Positions 35,618 to 44,356 of a stretch of DNA of 64,000 bases are shown piece after piece; the stretch's first letter is position 1; each line of letters starts with the position of its first letter. The translations under genes and the position numbers were made by a program. A model generated the notes under the pieces. The model was not told where the DNA came from. It made no database searches and was given only the letters and a program-made list of their open reading frames with translations. Origin of the DNA: Clostridia bacterium (GTDB taxonomy: Bacteria; Bacillota; Clostridia; Oscillospirales; CAG-272); contig JAGAKG010000036.1 of NCBI GenBank assembly GCA_017625755.1, positions 559-64,558 of the forward strand, read 5' to 3'.

Positions 35618-36742
35618 ATGAGTAAGCTTGGTATATATATACATGTACCCTTCTGTTTGCAAAAGTGCAATTATTGCGATTTTTGCTCTTTTGCGGGCAG
35701 GGGGGGCGAGCTGATAAGTGAATATGTATCGGCGCTATGCAGGGACATCGGGCGCGCGGCGCAGCTCTGTGGCGGATATTCGGTCGACACCGTATATTTC
35801 GGCGGCGGTACGCCGACGCTTCTCACGGTGCGTGATTTCGAGCGTATACTCTGCGCGCTCACAGAGAATTTTTCGATTGAGAGTGGCTGTGAGGTAAGCA
35901 GCGAGTGCAATCCCGCCACAGCAGACCTTCAATATCTGAGAGAGCTTCGCTCGCTTGGGGTTGACCGCCTGAGCATCGGGCTTCAGAGCGCGAACGAGAA
36001 CGAGCTTCGCGCGCTCGGTCGCATACATAGCTATGCCGATTTTGTCGAGACATACGGAAACGCAAGAGCGGCGGGCTTTGAAAATATAAGTGCCGACCTT
36101 ATGTACGGTATTCCCGAGCAGACAGTCGAATCTTTCTCTCACACACTTGACTCACTTACATCTCTTGCGCCCGAGCATATCTCGGCGTATGGTCTGAAAG
36201 TTGAGGAGGGAACGCCGTTTGGCAGAATGAAGGAGGGTCTTATACTACCCGACGAGGACGCAGAATATGATATGTATATGCTTTGCACCGAATATCTCGC
36301 GGCGCGAGGATACGGAAAATACGAGATAAGTAATTTTGCAAGGGCGGGATACGAGTCGAGGCACAACATAAAATACTGGAGGGGCGAGGAATATCTCGGC
36401 TTTGGCGTATCGGCTCACTCATATTTTGGCGGCGAGCGGTTCGCAAATTCAAGGGATATAGATCGATATATCCGCGGACTTGACATTACCGAGGAACGGC
36501 GGGTGATATCTCCCGCGGAGAGAATGACAGAATATGTGATGCTCCGAATGCGAATGAGCGAGGGTGTGGCGCACTCGGATTTTTATGAGCGTTTTGGCAG
36601 GGGATTTCAGAGTGTTTACGGCGAGAGACTCGCAAAGTATACCGATATGGGATATGTGGTGACTGAAAATTGCCGCACTCGCTTTTCCGACAAGGGCTTT
36701 TTTATAAGCAATTACATTCTGTCGGACATACTTGATTTCTGA
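35618..36742 (+). CDS. hemW: Radical SAM heme chaperone HemW (HemN-like)
   Basis: YIHVPFCLQKCNYCDF; GGGTP. It lies immediately downstream of lepA, as in many Firmicutes. Confidence 0.88.
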   Translation: MSKLGIYIHVPFCLQKCNYCDFCSFAGRGGELISEYVSALCRDIGRAAQLCGGYSVDTVYFGGGTPTLLTVRDFERILCALTENFSIESGCEVSSECNPATADLQYLRELRSLGVDRLSIGLQSANENELRALGRIHSYADFVETYGNARAAGFENISADLMYGIPEQTVESFSHTLDSLTSLAPEHISAYGLKVEEGTPFGRMKEGLILPDEDAEYDMYMLCTEYLAARGYGKYEISNFARAGYESRHNIKYWRGEEYLGFGVSAHSYFGGERFANSRDIDRYIRGLDITEERRVISPAERMTEYVMLRMRMSEGVAHSDFYERFGRGFQSVYGERLAKYTDMGYVVTENCRTRFSDKGFFISNYILSDILDF

Positions 36743-36839
36743 AAAATAAAATGAGTAATAAATTATTGTAAAACTGTTGACTTTAGGAGAGTTTTATAAT
36801 AAAATATAAACAGAGACATCAGTAATGCGGAGGTTAAAA

Positions 36840-37151
36840 ATGGAAGACGATATTCTTGAAAATGATGCTAACGAAACAGGCTATTTTACCCTGACCGACG
36901 AGGACGGAAACGAGCTCGAATTTGAGGTTATAGGTGAGTGTGAAAGAGACGGAGAAAAATATTTCGCTATGATTCCCGTTGACGACGATGAGAATAGCGA
37001 CGGCGATATCTGCGAATATGTCATTCTCAAGCTTGCGGTAGAGGACGGAGAAGAGGTCCTCGTTACGGTTGACGATGACGACGAGCTTGACGATGTTGCA
37101 GATTACTTTGACGACTTGTTTTCGTCGGAGATAGATTACGACGCACAATAA
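36840..37151 (+). CDS. DUF1292 domain-containing acidic protein
   Basis: TLTDEDGNELEFEVIGECERDGEKYFAMIPVDD...YVILK. The start is set at ATG 36840 after GGAGG. Confidence 0.8.
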   Translation: MEDDILENDANETGYFTLTDEDGNELEFEVIGECERDGEKYFAMIPVDDDENSDGDICEYVILKLAVEDGEEVLVTVDDDDELDDVADYFDDLFSSEIDYDAQ

Positions 37152-37199
37152 AACAAAAAAGTCGGCGTTGCCGACTCCTGCTTAGTTCGTGATAATCAT

Positions 37200-37395
37200 G
37201 AAAAAAACCTACAAATAGAAAAAGGAGTCCGAAAAAAGAGTTCGACCGTGGTTTGCAGACCTCCCTCCCTTATCCTCGATTGACTTGTCTCGACAGTAAG
37301 CGGAGGACGCTGGGAGCAGTAAAGCGTGAGATAGGACACCGCCTTGCATCGCAGGGTTTCTCTATCTTGGTTACACGGCTCGGCGGGGGAGCCAA
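37200..37395. ncRNA. Candidate structured small RNA (unidentified class), strand unresolved
   Basis: This is a GC-rich block between two hairpin terminators of convergent genes. Hand folding gives a closing helix 37241-37249/37374-37383 and two internal branched arms. I recognised no tmRNA, SRP, RNase P or riboswitch signatures. Confidence 0.3.
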
Positions 37396-37435
37396 AAAAC
37401 AAATTCGGGGTTATTGCAAATGCAACGACCCCGAA
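37391..37435 (-). terminator. Rho-independent terminator of secG
   Basis: On the minus strand, TTCGGGGTCGTTGCA-tt-TGCAATAACCCCGAA is followed by TTTGTTTTTTGG. Confidence 0.85.
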
Positions 37436-37442
37436 AAATGTT

Positions 37443-37706
37443 TTACACCTTATAAATTGATATCAAGATATACATAACTACCGCGGTTATTCCGAAAACG
37501 AAAGCGAGCACGGTTGTGATTCTGCTGAGAATCTTATCTGCCGTCTTGCCCTTTGATTTTCCGAAGAAGGTTTCTGCTCCGCCTGCGATAGAACCCGACA
37601 GGCGCTTGTCTTTACCTGACTGCATAAGTACCAGAACAACAAGAAGAACAGCGAAAACCATTATCACGATACCGAGAATTATTTCCCAAGGACTCATTGG
37701 ACTCAT
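37443..37706 (-). CDS. secG: Preprotein translocase subunit SecG
   Basis: The 87-aa protein has two TM helices and LVVLVLMQSGKDKRLSGSIAGG. GGAGG SD is present. Confidence 0.88.
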   Translation of the reverse strand: MSPMSPWEIILGIVIMVFAVLLVVLVLMQSGKDKRLSGSIAGGAETFFGKSKGKTADKILSRITTVLAFVFGITAVVMYILISIYKV

Positions 37707-37856
37707 TGTAAAACCTCCGAAATTATGATATTCCGCCGTTATCCGACGGATAGAATGCGTTAAAAGTCATTAACATTCCTAATTGTACCACATATTTTCA
37801 AAAAAAGCAATAGTAAATTTCAAAAAAATAAAAAATTATGTAAAGGAAGATGAAAA

Positions 37857-38411
37857 ATGAAGCTTTATGAGGGTCGTCCCGAAAATCTGAGCGAAAGAGA
37901 AGAAAGAGAGCGCAGAGTATATGATGCGCTCGATAAGCTGGGAATAAAATACGGCAGAGTCGACCACGCGGCGGCGTGGACTATGGAGGATTGTATTGAG
38001 ATAGACCGAGCGCTTGGCGTTGCGATGTGCAAAAATCTTTTTCTTTGTAATAGACAAAAAACCGATTTTTATTTGCTACTGATGCCCTCGGACAAGCCGT
38101 TCCGCACCAAGGAGCTTTCATCTCAGCTCGGCGTGGCGAGACTGTCCTTTGCGGCGGAGGCTGATATGGAAAGATATCTCGGACTTTTGCCGGGTGCGGT
38201 CAGTGTACTCGGGCTTATGAACGACTCGGGGAGAGATGTAAGACTGCTTATCGACGAGGATCTGCGCGAGTGCGAGTATATAGGAGCGCACCCCTGTGTC
38301 AATACCTCAAGCCTTAAAATTAAAACAGAGGATATACTTAGGGTATTTCTCGGAGCGACGGGGCACGAGCCGACATTTGTGACGCTCACGGGAGCCGATA
38401 ATATAGGCTGA
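37857..38411 (+). CDS. YbaK/ProX-type aminoacyl-tRNA trans-editing domain protein
   Basis: CKNLFLCNRQKTDFYLLLMPSDK...LPGAVSVLGL...IGAHPCVNTSSL fits the family. Confidence 0.75.
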   Translation: MKLYEGRPENLSEREERERRVYDALDKLGIKYGRVDHAAAWTMEDCIEIDRALGVAMCKNLFLCNRQKTDFYLLLMPSDKPFRTKELSSQLGVARLSFAAEADMERYLGLLPGAVSVLGLMNDSGRDVRLLIDEDLRECEYIGAHPCVNTSSLKIKTEDILRVFLGATGHEPTFVTLTGADNIG

Positions 38412-38442
38412 AATTCATAAAATAAAAAATTTTGGAAATAAT

Positions 38443-38467
38443 GCAACCTTTTACCTTTTTTTGCGAC
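38443..38467 (+). promoter_or_regulatory. Putative ECF-type autoregulated promoter (GCAACC-N14-GCGAC)
   Basis: The -35 box contains AAC and the -10 box contains CGA, ~70 nt upstream of the ECF sigma gene. The spacing fits ECF promoters in general. Confidence 0.35.
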
Positions 38468-38539
38468 TTATAGGGTGAAGGGGCAAACGCAGAGCGCAAG
38501 AGACGCTCTGAATTTGAGAAAACGGAGGAGCCCTGAAAT

Positions 38540-39091
38540 ATGGAGGATCATCAGATCGTAGACCTTTATTGGGCGCGTTCGGAAAGCGCGATATCCGAGA
38601 CCGAGCGCAAATACGGCAGAATGCTCAATTCAATCTCTTTTTCACTCTTGTCCTCTGCCGAGGACGCCGAGGAGTGCGTGAACGATACATATGTGGCGGC
38701 GTGGCAGACTATGCCCGAGGAGCGCCCCGTGTATCTCGGCGCGTATCTTTCCAAAATAATAAGGCGCATATCTATCTCCCGATTCCGCAGCTCCCGCTCA
38801 CACAAGCGAGGCGGAGCGGCGGGGGTTATCGAGGAGCTGAGCGAATGTATTCCGTCAGGCTCGACGGTCGAGGCGGAATATGAAAACGGCAGACTTTCCG
38901 AGACGCTTAATAAATTCCTCTCGGGGCTTGACGAGAAAAAGAGAGTGATATTCCTGCGCAGATATTTTTATTCCCAGCCGATAGAGCGGATAGCTCTGGA
39001 GTGCGGAATGAAGGTAGGGAGCGTAAAGAGTATTCTGTCGCGTACAAGACAAGCCCTCAAAGAATTACTTGAGGAGGAAGAGCTTTTATGA
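38540..39091 (+). CDS. ECF subfamily RNA polymerase sigma-70 factor
   Basis: It has region 2 (DAEECVNDTYVAAW) and a region 4 HTH (IERIALECGMKVGSVKSILSRTRQAL). Confidence 0.88.
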   Translation: MEDHQIVDLYWARSESAISETERKYGRMLNSISFSLLSSAEDAEECVNDTYVAAWQTMPEERPVYLGAYLSKIIRRISISRFRSSRSHKRGGAAGVIEELSECIPSGSTVEAEYENGRLSETLNKFLSGLDEKKRVIFLRRYFYSQPIERIALECGMKVGSVKSILSRTRQALKELLEEEELL

Positions 39092-39726
39092 ATGACAGAA
39101 TAAGAGCGGCGGAATATCTGTTTGACGAGCTTGGACTTATCAGCGATTCTTTTGTGGCAGAGGCTATGCCCACGGGTGTTGCGGCTAAGCGAAGGAGAAC
39201 CTCTCTGCGTCGGGCGGTGAGCGCTATTGCGGCGGCAGCAGTTTTATTGACGCTTGCCATCGGCGTATTCGCAATCGGATTTATGCGAGATAAGAACGAG
39301 GCAGAGGACGGTGTGACGGAGCTTGAAGCGGAGAGCCTTGAGGAGCTGCTTGTCGGAGCGCAGAGCGGCGGTGCGGTGACATACTGTGCGGAGGCGGAGT
39401 CGGTAGGTCTTTTTGACGGACAGACGAAGCTTATATGGCAAAGCGGGAATGACGGAGCTTATTATTCTGTTACGCTGAGCGGCACGGAGGATAAGGCGAA
39501 GCTTTCACAGGCGCTAAGAAGTACCTATGGAAATCCCACTCACGCACCCGAGGACTATGACGCGGGCATTTATGTATGGATAAGCTACGGAGACGGAACC
39601 GTCGTCACGCCATACCTGAAGGGAACAGAGGGAAATGTAGGCTACGGTGAGCTGTTCGGGTATTCGCCCGAGATAATTCCGTCGGAGGAGTTTACCGAGC
39701 TTGCGCGCGATCTGATATCCAAATGA
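39088..39726 (+). CDS. Putative anti-sigma factor / single-pass membrane protein
   Basis: It shows ATGA start-stop coupling to the sigma gene. One TM helix is present (AVSAIAAAAVLLTLAIGVFAIGF). No zinc-binding anti-sigma motif is visible. Confidence 0.55.
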   Translation: MNDRIRAAEYLFDELGLISDSFVAEAMPTGVAAKRRRTSLRRAVSAIAAAAVLLTLAIGVFAIGFMRDKNEAEDGVTELEAESLEELLVGAQSGGAVTYCAEAESVGLFDGQTKLIWQSGNDGAYYSVTLSGTEDKAKLSQALRSTYGNPTHAPEDYDAGIYVWISYGDGTVVTPYLKGTEGNVGYGELFGYSPEIIPSEEFTELARDLISK

Positions 39727-39755
39727 TCTTTTTGTATTGAAAGGAGCAAACGGTT

Positions 39756-41273
39756 ATGAAAAAATTATTATCTCTTTTATTGGCGTTACTTTTTATCTGC
39801 CTTACTCTTGCGTCCTGCAGCAAGGCGGAGAATATGGATTTGATGGCAGACGGAGGGTTTGCAGAGATTGGCGATGCGGGTGAATTCTCGACGGATGCCG
39901 AAAATTACGGAAAATTTATAGAGAATGAGTTCGTGAAGGTGGCTGACGAGCCTGTATCTACCTTCTCGGCGGATGTTGATACCGCGTCATACGCGTATTT
40001 CCGCAAGCTCGTAAACTCGGGCTACAATCTCTCGGAGCTTATTTCCACGGGCGGAAGCTCTATAAGAACCGAGGAAATGATAAATTACTTTGATTACGGT
40101 TATCAGGGACCTGCCGAGGGTGAGCTTTTCGGCAAGAATGTGCAGATAGCAAACTGCCCCTGGAACGAGAAGGCAGTTCTTATGGTGCTTGGACTTAAGA
40201 CCGAGGAGGCAGAGATAGAAGCCGACAACAACCTCGTTTTTCTGATAGATGTGTCTGGCTCAATGGCATCTGACGATAAGCTGCCTCTGCTGAAAAAGGC
40301 GTTTTCGCATCTTGTCTCTCAGCTCGACGAGGGCGACAGAGTCTCTATCGTGACCTACTCAGGCAAGGAAAGCGTTCTGCTCGAGGGCTGCGAGGGAAAT
40401 AAGGGCGATAAGATAATGAGCGCCGTAAACAAGCTCGAGGCAAAGGGCTCGACGAACGGCGAGGCAGGCTTGCAGAAGGCATACTCGCTTGCCGAGAAAT
40501 ATTTTATTTCGGACGGAAACAATCGAATAATTATGGCGTCGGACGGCGACCTCAATGTTGGCATATCCTCTCCCGAGGAGCTGAAAAATTATGTGAGCGA
40601 GAAGCGAGAGAGCGGAGTTTATCTTTCCGTCCTCGGCTTTGGAACGGGAAATTACAAGGATTCGAGTATGGAAGCCCTTGCCGATAACGGAAACGGAGTT
40701 TATTACTATATCGACGGTGAAGGCGAGGCTGAAAAGGTTTTCGGAAGCGATATTTTCTCAACGCTTTATACGGTCGGAAAGGATGTCAAGCTTCAGCTTA
40801 CCTTCAATCCCGACGCGGTCGAGTCATACCGACTTGTCGGATATGAAAACAGACTGCTCAGTCAAGAGGATTTTGAGGACGATACCAAGGACGCGGGTGA
40901 TGTTGGCGCAGGTCACGCCGTAACAGTATGTTACGAGCTTATTCTGACCGATGGCGCTGTAAGCGAGAATACCGATTGGATGACGCTCTCGGTTCGCTAT
41001 AAGCGTCCCGACGAGGATAAGAGCAATCTCAATGAATACAAAATAGGCGCGTCGGATTATACGGAAGCGCCGAATGACGATTTCAGATTTATCTGCGGAG
41101 TGGTTAAAACAGCTATGCTTCTCCACGACAGTAAATATCTTACTCAGAAGGGCGCGCCCGCGCTCAGGGATATAAACGCCGAGCTTTCCGTGATAGATGT
41201 CTTAGAGGACGCCGAGAAGCAGGAATTTATCTCCTTGCTCAGAGGGCTTTACGCCGAGACCGTGAATGAGTGA
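39756..41273 (+). CDS. von Willebrand factor type A domain lipoprotein (YfbK-like)
   Basis: The lipobox is LTLASC. The N-terminal motif is FSADVDTASYAYFRK. The vWA MIDAS is LVFLIDVSGSM...SIVTYSG. Confidence 0.85.
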   Translation: MKKLLSLLLALLFICLTLASCSKAENMDLMADGGFAEIGDAGEFSTDAENYGKFIENEFVKVADEPVSTFSADVDTASYAYFRKLVNSGYNLSELISTGGSSIRTEEMINYFDYGYQGPAEGELFGKNVQIANCPWNEKAVLMVLGLKTEEAEIEADNNLVFLIDVSGSMASDDKLPLLKKAFSHLVSQLDEGDRVSIVTYSGKESVLLEGCEGNKGDKIMSAVNKLEAKGSTNGEAGLQKAYSLAEKYFISDGNNRIIMASDGDLNVGISSPEELKNYVSEKRESGVYLSVLGFGTGNYKDSSMEALADNGNGVYYYIDGEGEAEKVFGSDIFSTLYTVGKDVKLQLTFNPDAVESYRLVGYENRLLSQEDFEDDTKDAGDVGAGHAVTVCYELILTDGAVSENTDWMTLSVRYKRPDEDKSNLNEYKIGASDYTEAPNDDFRFICGVVKTAMLLHDSKYLTQKGAPALRDINAELSVIDVLEDAEKQEFISLLRGLYAETVNE

Positions 41274-41313
41274 AATTCTGTTATTGATATAATCTATTAT
41301 TTGTAAATAATCC

Positions 41314-41345
41314 AAAAGCCTTCCCAAACGGGAAGGCTTTTGTGT
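41314..41345 (+). terminator. Rho-independent terminator of the vWA gene
   Basis: AAAAGCCTTCCC-aaac-GGGAAGGCTTTT. Confidence 0.85.
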
Positions 41346-41450
41346 ACTATGATTTTCGCATATTTATATCCAAAGCGGCGGGGCGATATTTTAAAATTTT
41401 ACCCTATATGGGAGGACCCCTCTCGCTAATATTCTGTTGAACGATAGAAC

Positions 41451-41477
41451 GGGAGGCGAAACGCCTTCCCTACGGTG
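41451..41477 (+). repeat. Short GC-rich hairpin with the CCCTACGGTG tail
   Basis: GGGAGGCG-aaa-CGCCTTCCCTACGGTG. The 10-mer CCCTACGGTG is identical to 943-952. Confidence 0.45.
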
Positions 41478-41589
41478 TTTGGTATAATTTATTCGCCTAT
41501 CTACGCCCAAGTTGGCGAGGTGAATTGTTTGAAAATTATAAGGGCGAAGCTTTGAGCTTCGCCCTTTAAATGTTTCGTTTTCTGTTATT

Positions 41590-43167
41590 TTATTCAACGC
41601 CTTCAACGCCGTTTTTAACCGCTTCGAAATCTTCCTCTATTTCCTTAGAGGGCGCTTTTGTGAGAAGCGATACCACTACGATTACGATGGAGGAGAAGAT
41701 AAATGCGGGAAGCAGCTCGTAGATTGCGAATACGCCGCCGAGCTGACTGATTCCAAGCTTCCAGAGGAATACCATTCCGCCGCCGCTTATCATACCCGCG
41801 ATAGCGCCCGCGCGGGTCGTGCGTTTCCAGAACAGCGAGAAGAGCATAAGCGGTCCGAATGTCGCTCCAAAGCCCGACCAAGCGAAGGAAACGATGTTGA
41901 ATATAACGCTGTCTTCCTTCCATGCGATAACGATTGCCACAAGCGTGATCACAACGAGAGTAATTCTTGTCAGAAGCATAACCTGCTTGTCTGTCGCGTT
42001 CTTCTTTGCCACGCCGTGGAAAATGTTCTTCGAGACTGCCGATGCGGCGATAAGAAGATAGGAGTCGGACGAGCTGATGGTTGCGGCGAGAATACCCGCC
42101 ATAACGAAGCCTGCTATAATAGGAGGCAGATAGCTCGTTGAGAGCGTGATAAATATGTTCTCAGCACCCGATTTTGTGAGATGCTCAACGGGGAAGAGCT
42201 GACGACCCATAATACCTATGAACACCGCAACGCCAAGAGAAATTATAACCCATACCATTGCGATACGGCGGGACATTTTCAGCTCGGACTCCTTGCGGAT
42301 AGCCATAAAGCGGAGGAGAACCTGGGGCATACCGAAATATCCGAGTCCCCAAGCCATGCAAGAGCAAATGGAAAGGAAGCTGTATTTTGCGGCTTCGCCG
42401 AACACGGGCTCGCCACCTGCCACAAGCTGCTCTCCAGCTTCATTGAGCGAGGGAGAAGCAAGTCCGAAGAATTCAAGAAATCCGGGAATGCTCTGCGCAT
42501 TGTCAATTACCGCGCCGATACCGCCCGCGTGCACGAGACCGATTATAACGACGACCGAAAGAGCGACTATCATTACTATGCTCTGCATAAAGTCGGACGC
42601 GCTTTCAGCAAGGAAGCCGCCGAGAATAGTGTAAAGCAGAACGAAAAGCGCGCCGAGTATCAGCATAAGCTGGTAATGCTCTCCGCCGAAGAAAAGGGTT
42701 GAGAAAAGCTTACCGCAGGTAACGAGACAGCTTGCCGCGTATACCGTGAAGAATATCAAAATGAATAGAGCCGATACCGTCAGAATAAGCTTTTTCTTCT
42801 CACGGAATCTGTTCGAGAAGAAGTCGGGGAGGGTGATCGCGTTGTTTGCGCGGATACTGTAACGGCGCAGACGCTTTGAAACTATGAGCCAGTTGAGGTA
42901 TGTACCGATAGCGAGACCGATAGCCGTCCACGCGGCGTCGGCGAGTCCGCACCAATAAGCGACACCCGGCAGTCCCATAAGCAGCCAGCCGCTCATATCC
43001 GACGCCTCGGCGCTCATCGCCGTGACCCAAGGGCCGAGCGAGCGTCCGCCGAGAAAATAGTTTTCTGAATTTTTGTTTGCTTTCTTTGCAAAAAGGATTC
43101 CGATCGCGATGACCGCTGCCATATAAATTATCATGGCGATAAGAATCTGAATCGTATTACCGTTCAT
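41590..43167 (-). CDS. putP: Sodium:proline symporter (SSS family)
   Basis: MNGNTIQILIAMIIYMAAVIAIGILFAKKANKNSENYFLGGRSLGPWVTAMSAEASDMSGWLLMGLPG. The start is set at ATG 43167 (AAAGGAG SD). Confidence 0.9.
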   Translation of the reverse strand: MNGNTIQILIAMIIYMAAVIAIGILFAKKANKNSENYFLGGRSLGPWVTAMSAEASDMSGWLLMGLPGVAYWCGLADAAWTAIGLAIGTYLNWLIVSKRLRRYSIRANNAITLPDFFSNRFREKKKLILTVSALFILIFFTVYAASCLVTCGKLFSTLFFGGEHYQLMLILGALFVLLYTILGGFLAESASDFMQSIVMIVALSVVVIIGLVHAGGIGAVIDNAQSIPGFLEFFGLASPSLNEAGEQLVAGGEPVFGEAAKYSFLSICSCMAWGLGYFGMPQVLLRFMAIRKESELKMSRRIAMVWVIISLGVAVFIGIMGRQLFPVEHLTKSGAENIFITLSTSYLPPIIAGFVMAGILAATISSSDSYLLIAASAVSKNIFHGVAKKNATDKQVMLLTRITLVVITLVAIVIAWKEDSVIFNIVSFAWSGFGATFGPLMLFSLFWKRTTRAGAIAGMISGGGMVFLWKLGISQLGGVFAIYELLPAFIFSSIVIVVVSLLTKAPSKEIEEDFEAVKNGVEGVE

Positions 43168-43341
43168 CAATAATACTCCTTTCGGTAAAATATTCAACAA
43201 ATGTTAAAAAATTACTATCATTATAGCACACAAATCCCCTCTTTGTAAAGGGGATAAATCAAATTTGACAGATTTAACAAAAAAATCCTAAAAAATCTTA
43301 CAAAAAAAGATAAAAAAATATCGCGAATAAATTAAAAAATA

Positions 43342-43370
43342 TTGAAATGGAAAAAGAATTGTGATATAAT
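43342..43370 (+). promoter_or_regulatory. Sigma-A promoter TTGAAA-17-TGaTATAAT upstream of cdaA
   Basis: TTGAAA lies at 43342-43347 and TGATATAAT at 43362-43370. Confidence 0.55.
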
Positions 43371-43456
43371 TAAAATGTATATGTGTAAAATCGGGCATAA
43401 TCGGCGTTCTATGTCGTGTCAGACGCCGTGTTGTGACATTCGGGAAAGGGAGTAAT

Positions 43457-44323
43457 ATGCAGGAAATATGGAATACTTTTGCGATGTTCTTTAAGGAATA
43501 CATCTTGGATACGGTAAAGGCTATGCGCCTTACGGATTTTTTTGATATCCTTATACTCGCATTAATATTATATTATGTTTACAGCTTTATCAGAGACAGA
43601 CGGGCAGGTAAGCTCGCTCTCGGTCTGGTGCTTATCGTTGCGCTGTTTTTCCTCAGCTCGGCGCTCAATATGTACGCTCTGAATTTTATCTTTGATAACT
43701 TCTTGCAGGTCGGAATCATCGCGATACTTATCGTCTTCCAGCCCGAGATGAGAGCGGCGCTTGAAAAGGTGGGCGGAACGCCCTTTTCGGGACTTAAAAA
43801 CATTACCTCCGAGTCGGGTAAGCTTGCGGCTCTTAATTCCCAAATAGAGGGAATATGCAACGCGGCGAGCGACCTCTCGCGCGACAAGGTCGGAGCACTC
43901 ATAGTAATTGAGAGAACGACTAAGCTCGGCGAGTATATCAAGTCGGGCGTTATCATAGACGCGGCGGTGTCGCCTTACATACTCAGAAATATCTTTTTCA
44001 ACAAGGCGCCCCTGCACGACGGAGCAACGATAATCCGCGACGGCAGAGTTTACGCGGCGGGATGTTTTTTGCCCCTGTCTACCAACTACGATATAGACAA
44101 GGACTTGGGTACGCGTCACAGGGCGGCTATCGGTCTTACCGAGATAAGCGACGCGGTGGTTATAGTGATTTCGGAGGAGACGGGTATCATATCGGTATCG
44201 GTGAATGGAAATCTCAAAAGAAACTATAATTACAGTACGCTCAAGCAGGAGCTTAACACGCTTCTCGCTCCGCAGAATCAGGGAGAGCAGAAGCAGAAGA
44301 AGCACCGCAAGGAGAGCAAATGA
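43457..44323 (+). CDS. cdaA: Diadenylate cyclase CdaA
   Basis: It has three N-terminal TM helices and a DAC domain (GALIVIE, HDGATII, GTRHRAA, VISEETG). Confidence 0.92.
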   Translation: MQEIWNTFAMFFKEYILDTVKAMRLTDFFDILILALILYYVYSFIRDRRAGKLALGLVLIVALFFLSSALNMYALNFIFDNFLQVGIIAILIVFQPEMRAALEKVGGTPFSGLKNITSESGKLAALNSQIEGICNAASDLSRDKVGALIVIERTTKLGEYIKSGVIIDAAVSPYILRNIFFNKAPLHDGATIIRDGRVYAAGCFLPLSTNYDIDKDLGTRHRAAIGLTEISDAVVIVISEETGIISVSVNGNLKRNYNYSTLKQELNTLLAPQNQGEQKQKKHRKESK

Positions 44324-44356
44324 TTTTTAAATCCGAGCAAGGAGGATATATCTCTT

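Noticed and set aside
37200-37395. I tested identification of the candidate RNA as tmRNA, SRP RNA, RNase P RNA or a c-di-AMP (ydaO) riboswitch.
   Set aside because: It is too short for tmRNA or RNase P and lacks a tag ORF or a TpsiC/ACCA end. There is no GGAAGCAGC-type SRP helix 8 motif. The CGGAGGA and CGGGGGAGCC similarities to ydaO are weak. No downstream co-oriented gene exists for a riboswitch on either strand.
37196-37477. Two ORF-track entries (68 aa minus, 74 aa plus) cover the candidate ncRNA region. I also looked there for a type I toxin-like hydrophobic peptide.
   Set aside because: Neither ORF has a canonical start with an SD; the minus one starts at TTG. Neither is hydrophobic, and they overlap terminator hairpins. 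The region is treated as non-coding instead.
37740-37752. A 13-nt palindrome, TATCCGACGGATA, lies in the secG / ybaK-like divergent spacer.
   Set aside because: Six-bp half-sites are expected by chance several times in 64 kb, and there is no second copy or supporting context.
41391-41606. A 71-aa minus-strand ORF lies between the vWA gene and putP.
   Set aside because: It overlaps the putP stop and terminator and a repeat fragment. It has no SD and its sequence is typical of repeat translation.
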